Source: Lytechinus pictus
Lineage: Eukaryota
Length of the DNA stretch: 64,000 nt
Reading direction: 5' to 3'
NCBI RefSeq assembly: GCF_037042905.1
Contig: NC_087251.1
Coordinates: 8,868,001-8,932,000 of the forward strand
The notes beneath the pieces are model-generated. The model saw nothing but the letters and a program-made list of their open reading frames with translations, did no database searches and was not told the DNA's origin. Within the stretch, counting starts at the first letter, position 1; each line of letters starts with the position of its first letter. Shown here one piece after another: positions 1-12,200 of this stretch. The position numbers and the translations under genes are program-made.

Positions 1-66
1 AAAAACTCCTTCCAAAACAGCGGAATATCAGTCTAACGTTAATTAAGCGCTAGTGCTAGCGTGCAC

Positions 67-1240
67 TTAGACAGCTGGCAGCCGTCTGTTTCGAGGAGTT
101 TTTTAACATTTTCAATTTTTTTAATTTCTCCTCGTAAACAGACGGCTCACTATCGTGCAGCCACCATTAGGGGGTTAACAATGCAAAATCCCCCCGACGG
201 GGCTCATTGATTTTTGTCTTTATTTCATAAAAATATGTATAACAAATTTTACCAAATTAAAGATAAATAAAAGAAATATAAACTTAAAAGGGGGAAAAAC
301 AGTGACTTAATTTTACTTCGGCTGTCGCGCAACTTCACTTCCCTGTTTTATCCGAACTTAATACATAAACATATGGCCAATGAGGCTGTACAGATCGAGC
401 TAGAACTTCGGTCTCTGTATTTGGTGATCGAGTGGATTGGAGCCAACGAAGTTCAGCGGAATAACCTACATATCAGAGACCGAAGCTTTTTTTGTCTGGC
501 GTGCACTGTACAAAATGCTGTTGTATCGCGATCCCGACCCTCGGCCTCATCCTTAGCCTGGAGGCGTCTGGGTAGTAAAAGTCATCTACTCTACATCTAG
601 GCTACTTACTGGGGAGTAAGCCTACGTAGAGTTTAAAAGTGACTTTTACTCCCCAGACACCTCCAGGCTACTCATCCTCACCCTGTTTTTCACACCGCCC
701 GATATATTTCGTTCCCAAGCCACCATGGTCAGTTCCTAATTCCTTGGACCCCCATTTCACGGTTTCGTGAGGCACATCCACATCTAGACCAAAAGCTTCG
801 GTCTCTGTTATGTTGGTTGTTCAGCTGAACTCCGTTGGCTTCACTCACCAAATACAGAGACCGCAGTTCTAGCGCGATCTGTACAGGGGACTCAATGGCA
901 ATATGTTTATGTACTTAAGATCGGATAAAACGGGGAAGTAAATTTGCGCGACAGCCGAGGTAAGTCACTGTTTTTGTTCCTTTTAACTTGATTTTTCTCC
1001 GTTTTTTTTTGGCAATTAATGCCAAGAGGGAATATTATTATTAATTTGCATTTTGGTCGCGTTAATTTTCAAAATTTGTATTCATTAAAGACAAAAATTG
1101 AAGAGCCCCGACGGGGGGATTTTGCATTGCAAATCCCCTAATGGTGGCTGCACGCTAGCGAGCCGTCTGTGTACGAGGAGAAATTAAAAAAAAAAAAAAG
1201 TTAAAAAACTCCTCGAAACAGACGGCTGCCAGCTGTCTAA
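67..1240. mobile_element. Non-autonomous foldback DNA element with about 430-bp inverted arms
   Basis: TTAGACAGCTGGCAGCCGTCTGTTTCGAGG at 67 and its reverse complement ending at 1240; arms about 67-497 and 785-1240; another arm at 33726. Confidence 0.85.
554..670. mobile_element. 117-bp hAT-like MITE nested in the foldback element
   Basis: TIR TAGCCTGGAGG(C/T)GTCTGGG.AGTAAAAGTCA; perfect 8-bp TSD CTCATCCT (546-553, 671-678). Confidence 0.85.
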
Positions 1241-1531
1241 TCCACATCAGGCATAAAAATATTCTGAGTGCAGGGGGGGGGGGGGGGGGGGCACAGCCAC
1301 AGGCCACCACAGCTCAGCAATATAATAAGCACACATGCAGCACAATCTTTGGGAATTCCTACCCAGCCGTCACGGGGAGAGCGACATCAGAAAGGCGCTA
1401 GATCCCGTTGGCACGGAGTCCGTCTTGTAAGTTTTTATCTAGCATTAACACGTGCAGTTACACACCAAATTCACAAACTACGATATATTATAAAATGAAA
1501 TAATGACAAAATTTACTTTAATAACATTTAC

Positions 1532-1549
1532 CTGGGAAGGTGTGGCCAT
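1532..1549 (-). CDS. Putative first coding exon (MATPSQ) of a gene running off the left edge
   Basis: AGAATGG Kozak context, 18 nt, then CAG|GTAAAT donor; TCACGTGA at 1576-1583. Too short to identify. Confidence 0.35.
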
Positions 1550-2632
1550 TCTTGTGAAATTTTGGTGAGGTAAATTCACGTGATCATTCAGATTGTCAAG
1601 CTTTTCGCAGCAACGGTATGGTCTAGTTTAATAGACAAATTAATAAAGAACAACAAATGAGAACAGGCTGTGGGTTGCACGTCGGATTTTTTGTTCTTTT
1701 TGTGATTCATCAGGACCTATTTCTTTTTCATTCCTTTTCTCCATTGTTTTCCCGTTTGTATACATTTTTGACAAGTTTGACAATTGGAAGTTGGGTATCA
1801 GTTTGCTCTTATGATTGTTAAACGGCATTTTCACTCCAACAAAAAGTAGATTTGAATAAAGGGCGAAATATTAAACAAACACAATGCTGAAAATTTCATC
1901 AAAACCGGTTAAAAAAAAAAAAAAAAAGTTCTTTCGGACCACATAATTCCTTTTTTTTAAATTGTGTAAGGACTGATAAGCAACATGTGTCCATCAAAAT
2001 TCGCATGTATGAAATTTAGATAAGCCATAGTTATTGGTTAGGGACCCATAGGCGGCGGAAGCGGGGGGGAGGGGGACGTGTCCCCCCTAAAATTTAGGTG
2101 GGGGGACAATCCCCCCCTAAATTTTTTTATGATAATCTTTTTTTTTTTTTTGCTTGTCAATTTTTTTTCCTGCGTCCCCCTAAACTCAAAAATGTGCGCG
2201 AAGCGCAAAGACCCTTGCGGTCGGAGTCCTAGATGCTCTCTAATCTGGCCCTTATTTTGGGAGCTTTTATTCCAACAAATTTATAACAGTTTCATACGGA
2301 ACGCAGGCAAAATTAGAAAAGATTTCAAAATACAGCGAGAGTCAATATTAATGATAAAAAAATTGCAGCACTTTGTTAAAAAGAATCTAGATTTTACCTA
2401 TACATAACTGGTATTTGGGAGACAGATAATGTCTTGAAGTATCTATATCTTTGCAGTCAAAGTAGAATGAATAATAGAGTATGTCTGTTGTAGACTCTAA
2501 CAAGGATGTCAGTCTCCTAGTCACTTTCAATATGGGAAAAGTAACAGTCTGTCAGCAACAAGTTGCTTGAACCTTGGCACAAAAGGTGTAATTGCCAGAC
2601 GAAGGCACTGATGCAAATGTTCACTGGTCAAG

Positions 2633-2766
2633 CAGGGGCCGCGGAAGCTTCAGCCCCCCACTTTTTCCCAAAACCATTTATAAAAACGTAAAAATGACCA
2701 TATGATTGTGATTTTTTGCATGGCCAGCGTCCCCCCCCCACTTTGAAAACCGTTCCGCGGCTCCTG
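2633..2766. mobile_element. MITE with CAGG termini and 5-bp TSD
   Basis: CAGGGGCCGCGGAA...TTCCGCGGCTCCTG; TSD TCAAG; same family inverted at 36447-36622. Confidence 0.75.
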
Positions 2767-3424
2767 TCAAGGTACTTCGGTATGAGTTAGTTCTTTAAAA
2801 TGTTCATTGTGGAAAATGCACTTTCACACCTGTATGTAGATCCAAACATGGTGAGAACAGCGCTGGTCATCTAATAAGAAAGTAGATCGAACAGACAGAA
2901 AAGACTCCACTAAACTTAGTTTAAAAGTCAAATTAATTTGACTGCCATTACTTTTATTACGGTTAGGTCTATATGGATACACAATGTAATCATATTGAGC
3001 TATGTTTCATATTGTGACTTTAGTGATTAAAAAAAAAACATCAGAGTCTCGCGGGCCGGATAGAGAAGCTCCGCGGGCCGTAGTTTGAGAACCCCTGATC
3101 TATAGATACGCAAGATAAATGTTAAAATTTTATCTGATAGATAAAATGTCATCTCAGAATACCAATTTCATTTTAAGAGATAAAATAAAATGTTTTAAAG
3201 ATAAAATGACCTCAGAATACTGCCCCAGAAAATCAGTGTCTTTGTTCTTCAGGGATATGTTCAGATTCACTCTGCATTGTAATTTTTTATGAAAAAATAA
3301 TAAAAGATAAAACCTATCAAAGAAAGATTTTGTAGCATCTGTGATTAAACAGGTACATCAGCAAGTGCCTACACCCATCCCTGACCCTATGAAATACCTC
3401 CTACATGTTGGCTCTCAACCTTAA

Positions 3425-4179
3425 CCCTAAAAAGACTGGGGGGGCTGATTCAGCCCCCCCCCCTCGACATTTTTCGCGATAAATCTGTAATGCGAAAAGC
3501 TGGCGCTGCGCCGTTCCATGACTTTTTTCTTTCAAGTCTTGCGCAACTTTTGAGACCAAATTTGCGACCCCCGGGTACGTGGTTCCGAAATTACACAACA
3601 TTTCGTAAGTACATGTCGACCCAAAATTGCTAAAAAACGTGAATTTGTGTACAAATCCAATGCAAATTGTGTTTTCAGCCAAAATTCATAAATGTATCAT
3701 TATTTTCAATTTTACTAATCAAACTAAATTAATTTCATCTTGTTTATGGTCAGAATAAAGTCACGGATGATTTTCATTGAAAAAACAATAAAAAACAAAA
3801 AGTAAAAAAACAAAGAAATACATAAGAAATTTTTAAAACAATAAAATACATAAGAAAAGAATTGTGATGTTGAATTTTTTTCATGTACATTTGATTAGAA
3901 TCCTACAAAGAGTCTATGAATAAAAAAAATAGCAGTTTAGAGGCCTTATTTAGTTAATTAGAGCAAATCTTTGATTTTACGCATAAATTAGCATAATTAA
4001 TTAATTTTGAAATTTTTCGGAAAATTTGATCCTACAGTCTTGGAGATTATGCCGTGGGTAATGCACGTGCCAATTTTCGTCACGATCGCGCGGTCGACGG
4101 CCGAGATCATAGGGGGGGGGGCTGAATCAGCCCCCCCCCCAGTCTTCTTAGGCATCAAAATAGCCCAGTCTATTTAGGG
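3425..4179. mobile_element. piggyBac-like MITE
   Basis: TTAA TSD (3421-3424, 4180-4183); CCCTAAA.AGACTGGG TIRs; asymmetric subterminal inverted repeat. Degenerate relatives at about 14770-15330 and 26590-27173. Confidence 0.85.
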
Positions 4180-5017
4180 TTAAATAAAGGTCTGGGGCTG
4201 GCACTGAATCAAGTGTCACATTAACAATGACAATCAAATCCTGTTTCATTCATGGAATGGATATTTTTTTTAAACACAAGCCTGAGATTTTTGTTTTATT
4301 GTTGAAGTTCCATTTTCATAGCAAGCAGCAAATGGGAAAAAACTATTTCATGAACATTTATAAGATTGCATGCTGGTGCCATAAGGAGTGCCTTACAGTG
4401 CACTAAATGGCTATTGTAAGTTGTAAAAGAGCCACTGTACAATGCTGCCAGGTATAAAAGTGAAAAAGTGTAATTGGCAAATGGAAAAGTGGGGAAGAAA
4501 TGTCCAAGCTCCGAAAATATTTCCCCTATTGGTACATCCTCCCAATCACAACTGTATCTCCATTTCAGTTATATGACAGTTAAGAATGTAGGTGGTTTAT
4601 GCATGGAAGATACAAATATTCCACCCTTGATATCTTTTAGCACCCTATCTGACTCTAAAAAAATCACCTATATATCAAAACAAATATACTCAACTCCTGA
4701 CAAGAGTACACAATTGAGATTGTATTTTTACAAAATAGCACTCAAAAATTTTATTGCTCAAGTCTTTTCTGCCATAACATGATGATTATAATGACATATA
4801 TCTGCAAAGTATATATCAATAACTCATTAAGTCTCATTGTGCATTGTTTCTTGAAATATATTGCTTCATAAAATATACTCTTGGATAATAATTTTTATTA
4901 TAACAATCGTTATAATAATGACAATGAATTTGCTTTTTAAAGTAAGAAAAATAAGCAACTGCATTTCAAGAACCTCATTCCAGTGGTCTATTGATTTATA
5001 AAATAATACATATTATT

Positions 5018-6023
5018 AACAAGTGGAACGCCTCTGGCAGTCTCGCCTGCATTACGCGATTTAATATAGCAGCAGTGCTAACTTTGAAAACTACTATAAA
5101 ATAATCATTCACAAAAACACCATTCATATAATGACATAATACCATGTTCATTGACCATAAATGACATTTGAACGGTGACTTAAGACTTGTCAACTACACC
5201 CATGTCCACATTTCATTCACTCTATCCATAAACTATCAAAGTTATGATGGCAATTCAACAATTACCCCAACATGGCCTAGGTTTATTGACCTTAACTGAC
5301 CTTTGTTTTGTGACCTAAAACTCACAGGGGATGTTCAGTGATACTTGATTACTCTTATATCCCAAGTTTTATGAACTAGATCCATAAACTTTCAGAGTTA
5401 GGATGGTAATTCAACAAATACCCCCAACACGGCCAAAGTTCATTGACCTTATATGACCATTGACCATGGTCATGTGACCAAACTTGCACAGGATATTCAG
5501 TGGTACTTGATTAACCTAATGTCAAAGTTTCATGAACTAGATCCATAAATTTTCAAAGTTATGATGTTAATTCAACAAATACCCCCAACTTGGCCAAAGT
5601 TCATTGACCCTAATTGACCTTTGACCTTGGTCATGTGACCTGAAACTCAGGCAGGATGTTCACTAATACTTGATTAACCTTATGTCCAAGTTTCATGAAC
5701 TAGATCCATAAATTTTCAAGTTATGATGTCATTTCAAAAACTTAACCTTCGGTTAAGATTTTGAAAATAATTCTTCCAACATGGTCTAAGTTCATTGACC
5801 CTAAATAACCTTTGACCTTGGTCATCTGACCTGAAACTCAGGCAGGATGTTCAGTAATACTTGATTAACCTTATGTCCAAGTTTCATGAACTAGGTCCAT
5901 ATACTTTCTAAGTTATGATGTCATTTCAAAAACTTAACCTTAGGTTAAGATTTGATGTTGATGCCGCCGCCGTCGGAAAAGCAGCGCCTATAGTCTCGCT
6001 CTGCTATGCAGGCGAGACAAAAA
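5018..6023. mobile_element. Helentron/HINE-like element with internal tandem repeats of about 125 bp
   Basis: Begins AACAAG; subterminal IR GTCTCGCCTGCAT (5040-5052) / ATGCAGGCGAGAC (6006-6018); terminal hairpin, (GCC)n and A-run; repeated unit GTTCATTGACC...TGACCTTTGACCTTGGTCATGTGACC. Confidence 0.7.
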
Positions 6024-7760
6024 TTAAAAAAGAAATATGTGATAATGATTCATTAAAATTCATTTTAATAAGAATGAAAGGAAAAATAAATAGGAAACAG
6101 AAGCAGTAACTCAATTTACATGGAATTTTACAATTACTGTTAGCCAAACAATACAATATTATATTACTGATTGACTAAACATATCATATAGCTATTAATG
6201 AAGCGGCACTGTGCTACAAAGCTACATGCAAAGAATAAATGAGACTTTAAAATAACAAAATTTGCACAACAACTTTGATGTAACACACAGATAAAGGTCA
6301 CATCAAAATACAAAAAGTGCAATATTTACAACTCGATAGAATGAGTGTATTTCATGACAAATACAAATTATCTCAGAAGCCAATTCATTTTGGCAAAGAT
6401 GAAGGCTGAGGAGAATTATCAGGCAATTTTCTTCACTGATAATTTCATCAATAATTATTCATTCTTTTGTCCAGTAATAATGACTGGATAACTTACAGGA
6501 TATTTCAGATATTCTAAACTATGCTATTTGCAAATATAAAAAAAATCAAATGATTATGCAAATTACAAAATATAATCAAAACCAAGAGTTAGTAATGGCT
6601 AATGTAATTGGCAATTCTTGAACAGTGGAGAATTAAATTTAGAGAGAAAAATCAATGATGATACATGTCATAATCAGTGATCTTAACATTTTTAGACCAG
6701 TACTTGCAAGAACTTACAATTTTCTCTCCAAAACTTAAATGCATTTAAAACAGCTTGTAAATCACATAGTAAAACATCTTAACATAAGAACTAGATAAAT
6801 ACTTCCCAGCATACCATGAATTTATGTTTTGAGTATGACCAATAACCTTGTGACATCCCCCCATCTGACCAATCAATGTTTCAGATGCATACAAAATTAG
6901 CAGTTGCTTTTGCTAGGCTTTTGCTTGGAATTTGCTTGATTCCGTATGCATAAAAATGAGCGAGCAAATGCTTTTACTAGTAAACTCAAGCAATTGGTAA
7001 CTGTCTGCTAGCAATTGCTTGACAATTAAACTATTGCTAAAAAGTATATGCATTAAGCAAAACTTTTGCTTGTGCATTTAAGAATTTGCTTAGGTTTTTT
7101 TTCAAGCACCATCAGAGCAGCTTGAGAATTTGCTTGATCAGGTCGTTTGCGTTTCATAATGTTTATGCACCCGAGAGAGAACTCCAAGGTGTATAGCAAC
7201 CAACACGTACATGTTTTCTTCCTGGAAAGTGCAAACTGTATGTCAACTATGTAATTTATTCATTAGAAACGAGTTAGTGGAATAGTTTGACACCACGTCT
7301 AAGGAAAAGATATTACATGAGAGATGCAGTATATTGCTCTGCAAAACCTTTGCATCTGAGTCCCGCCTTTGTTCTGTGAGTCATGTTCACACCAGAGTGA
7401 CGTTGCCTATTGTTCAAACCGCTAGCAATTGCTTTCTGAAGGCAAGAAAAGGGTTTAGGCACAAGCAAGGGATTTATGCATACAAAGTAATGCAAATTCT
7501 TGCAAGCAATTGCTACCTTTTATGCATCTAACTCGCTGTCACTCCTAAACAGAAACTTGAGCACAGTTTGAAGATGATTTAAGGTTATTTTTCCCTTGAC
7601 AAAGAATAAAATCAGCTAATTGTAAAATACATCAAGAATAAACAATCATGAAAACTATGAAATTACCCTTTTCTTCGTAAAGAAAGAAAAATCAAGGATT
7701 TTTTTTTAAATTCATAAGTAATACGGCAAGGCACATTGTTCACAACATATGTGCGCGATT

Positions 7761-7977
7761 GGTTCCAAGACATTTGCTCCAGTGACAATCGCTCACATGG
7801 AAAATCTGCACGCTAAAGTCAAACATAAAACCAAACCTTCGAAACTAAATAACCCCTAGTCCTTATCTTTACATTATTCCAAAATAAAAACTCTATTACA
7901 ATCTTAATTCTAACCCTATGCCTTCTGAGAAATCAAGGCCTGAGCAAATGTCGCAGGAGCAAATGTTTTGTGTCACC
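7761..7977. mobile_element. Degenerate MITE, GG...CC termini, 8-bp TSD (possibly Merlin-like)
   Basis: GGTTCCAAGACATTTGCTCC / GGAGCAAATGTTTTGTGTCACC; flanks GCGCGATT / GCGTGATT. Confidence 0.55.
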
Positions 7978-9089
7978 GCGTGATTAGATATATATTTTTT
8001 TCCAAGTGAAAGGTCATCATATTCAATATACAACATTTTGTATTAATTTAAAAGAATCAATCTCATACAAGTAAAACTTTAAAAAAATAACCTTGTACAT
8101 TTACATTCACAAATACAACTTGGATGATATTTGTTTAAACTAATATTTTTATTAGGTATAAAATTAGATTAGCGATTCCCCCCCCCCCCAAAAAAAAAAA
8201 GAAGATATTTCAGGAACCAGCTAGTGCAGATTGTAATAATGATCCCCTTTCACATACTTGGGATAGCTAATCTCATAATCATTATTATGCATTGTACACA
8301 TATTTTACTAATTTTATCAGCTTGAATATCAAAGTTTTGACAATTGTCCACAAATTTTGAGTAAACAGAGCAAAATAAACCCATTTGCATTACATTAATA
8401 TATACACATAAAAACGCATAGTTTCAAAGATTACTTGTCTTGTAAAAAATGTGTACCTTGGTGTAATACATATATATTTTGTATGACAAGATTATAAACA
8501 ATATAAATGGTTATAATATACAACCATGTAAGTATTTACAGTATTATCATATTCTACTGTCTCTGAAATAATAATCCTTATCACTTCAATCTCATTTATC
8601 AACTTAATGAATAAAGGGATTTATGTCTTTTAACTAAATTATCAATTCCCCTATTTCAATGCTAACGAAACTGTTCAAATAGGCATATTTTGTCTATAGG
8701 AATAATTTCTCTCCATTGGTTCCTGACATTCATTTAAACCAATTATATATCAAGTCTGAGAGCAGTGCCATACTTTAATGAATTTAACCTTGAAACACAA
8801 TTGATACCGGATTTTCTTTTCACATGAAATAAGTTTTTTGAGAAATCTTTGGTCTCAAGTACGAAAAATATTTGAACTTTGGACCCATAACTCTGACGAG
8901 GCACATGCACTCTAAGAAGGTGAGCAAGATTTCCATAAAAAGTTCAGGAACATCACAGGATCCCCCCCGGAAATGTATGCAAAATGGATTCAAAGTATTG
9001 TAGTTCATTCTCTAACATCAATAACTTTGAGCTGATCCTCAAACATGGTTTGAAAACTTTTGAATTCTCAGCTTTGCAACACAATTGCT

Positions 9090-9254
9090 CTATTTCTTAG
9101 CCAGTTTATCATGGTTCTTCACAATGACTGCTACAATGGAAGGATCTGCCAAGGTGGACACATCTCCAAGCTCATCACTCTTATCAGCTGAAACCTTCCT
9201 TAGGATACGTCGCATGATCTTACCAGAGCGTGTCTTTGGCAATCCTGGAGTGAT
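9090..9254 (-). CDS. ACSS1: ACSS1 last coding exon (15)
   Basis: [54 protein letters not shown]. Confidence 0.93.
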   Translation of the reverse strand: MTPGLPKTRSGKIMRRILRKVSADKSDELGDVSTLADPSIVAVIVKNHDKLAKK

Positions 9255-12200
9255 CTATTATAAAGAGATCGGAATTACAAAAATCAAAGCTTAACCCCTA
9301 GAGATTGTACTTGAAAATTATATGACATTGTAAAGAAGAAAGAATAAAAGGAGTTGTCCTTGTTTAGCAAGATCTAGACCTTGTTACATAAAATTTACAA
9401 TTATGGGGACATTTTCTCCAACAGTCAATCAAGATACCATCAATGGTGCAAAAGCCTCCAGGAAAATACAGAGTGAAGTATAGTCAATCCCATACAAGAT
9501 TGCGATAAATCAATTCATCAAAAAATTACAACATATTGACTCCTGAGGTAATTTTGGCATTCATGATAATAGAAATAATAACAAAAGAACAATAACATCA
9601 ATGAAATTAACAAAAATTATTATAATAACAATGATAAAAACAAACCTAACCTAATTATCTACAGTTGGGAGACATATCTACCACAGCACCTCTAATAATG
9701 ATAATAGATTCTCACCTGGATAATATCAGGAACTGCATAAGCAGCAATCTTCTGCCTGACTGTAGCCTTTAATTCTTTGATGATATCCTCTTCACTGGTT
9801 GTTACATCATCCTTCAGAATCACATATGCATATACACCTAAGCAGAGTAAAGTGAAAAAAAGTATAATGAAAGTAAGGTAAGTTATAGGATATTAGCACC
9901 ATTTTACCTCAGAGATATGATTATGTCCTTACACTTGATTATTTTGAGACACATTAGAGAATACAATTACCCAGATATCATATACATATATGTATATCAT
10001 TTAATGTAGGAATGATAAAAACCTGAAGTGGCTTTAACCTCTTCACATGAAAACATTGCCATCACAGAAAACAACAAAGAAAAATACATGAAGAAGAGCA
10101 GTTTAATTTTCAAGTATTAACATGTATGAATGAAGAGATGCTTTGATATGAAAAAAAAAACCCACACAACTAAGGTGAACTATCATCAGCCATTAGGCTA
10201 TTACCAAAGATTAGAAAATACTTGTATGGAACTTGAGAGACCTGTTCCAAGAATGGAATATAGTTAACTACTCTCTCAAGAAGTTATCAAACACTTGATG
10301 ATTATTCATATTGTAGTTCATACCTTCTCCTTTGATATCATGTGGGTAACCTACGACCGCTGTCTCTGCTACTGCAGGATGTTCATCCTAGGAAATAAAG
10401 AAAAGTAGGATATTAACCAAATGTAATTTATCATCATAAGATATCTGAGCTCCTCAGTCTTTATATGAATGTGAAATCAATATCCTGTTTGTCTTTGAAG
10501 AATTAAGTAGCAAGAAAATATGATATAGAATATTTTTTTCATTTATACATTTAAATTTAAATGAGGTCATGAAAAAAGTCAAAGAATTAAATTGATAACA
10601 GTGTCATTACTGTTTTGAGAGGCAGTTGAAACTACAGTGCAAGAGGATTTAGAACGTTATGTGTTCACTATTTGCTAGAATGTCTAGATGCCATGAATCT
10701 CAAATTACAATCATAGTAATCTATTTATTGACCTGTTTGGGATTCTTTTCCTGGTTCAGAGGTTGATTGCAACTTCATGAACTAGACTATATTTTGCCAT
10801 CCTGGAGCACTTGCAGTTATATATGCACAGAGATTGGACCTCTTGTGATAAAATCTTGTATAAGAGGAGGATCTCACCACAGCATCCTCAACCTCTGCTG
10901 TTCCTAAGCGATGACCAGTGACATTAATGACATCATCCATTCTACCCGTGATGTGGTAATAACCATTATCATCTCGAATAGCACCATCACCAGAGAAATA
11001 AAATCCTGAAGGAAAGGAAGGAGAATCAAGCTAGCAATAGACCAATTAACTAAAGAGTCTGGAGGAGAACCTAGAAATTAAATTGAACTGTAATTGTTGA
11101 ATGACATACAAATGGAATCAGGTCAGAATAATTCTTTTTTCCTCTAGCTTTGTTCAGAAAACATCTGAACATCTCTACTTGTCATGATTCTTAAGAGCAC
11201 TCTTTAGATTATTTGGTTTGAATCTTATTCAGGAACTTACCAGGGTATGGACTTAGATATGTCTCTAGATAGCGTGTGTGATTGCCATAGATTGTTCTAG
11301 CTATCCCAGGCCATGGTCTACGAATGCAAAGGGCTCCAGGTTCATTGTTCACTGTGATTTCCTGACACTGTAGAATGGACAGGACAAATTGATTGTAATT
11401 TGTCTGGAATGAAAAGCTAAAAAGCCTTTGAAGGGGCATCACACATGAATTCACTTTCCAACTGTGTAGAAAGTCATGTCCATTGATAGTTACTTGCTCT
11501 GTCACTTCAAAAAATTCACATCTCCTTCTCCAATTCCCATTTGTTTTATAAATACTGAATGGGAGGATTAGAAGGGGAAAGACATTGAGTGGAATTCCTA
11601 CTATATGATGTAGGGCTTAGGTTATGTTATGGAACCTTCAAATCTTGTCGAAATGTAAGATTATTGAGTCTTATGAAGTTCAAAGATTATAAAAACAAGA
11701 ATTGAACAGCATACTTTGAAATACATACAATATCATTTGAAGAAGAGTACGGTTCATACAAAAGGAGCAATAGGTTCATGAGGGTGTAATTATCAATTTA
11801 TTCATCCATCTATTCATTCGGTCAAGTCATTCATTTATACATGTTCAATAAATAAATCATTCATTCTTATAATGACATGATGAAGTATATTGGTAGAAAA
11901 TATCTTACCAACGAAAGCATACACAAAACTCTTATTAATTTACCTTTTCATCAAGTAGAACTGGTTCAATTCCAAAGAAGGGGCGCATAGGACCACCTGT
12001 TATTTCAGCATTGGGTGCCGATGGGCGCGGAGTGATGCATATACCACCGGTCTCTGGAAAAGAAGAAAAATTGATTAAAAGGGTACTCCTTTGTTTGGAA
12101 TACTTATGAATGTCTAACTTTGATCTCACAAATCTTTGGAGCACTAAATACTAAATATAATCTGATGAAGCATGTCTTCCATTGGTAAAAGAAAGTCTGC

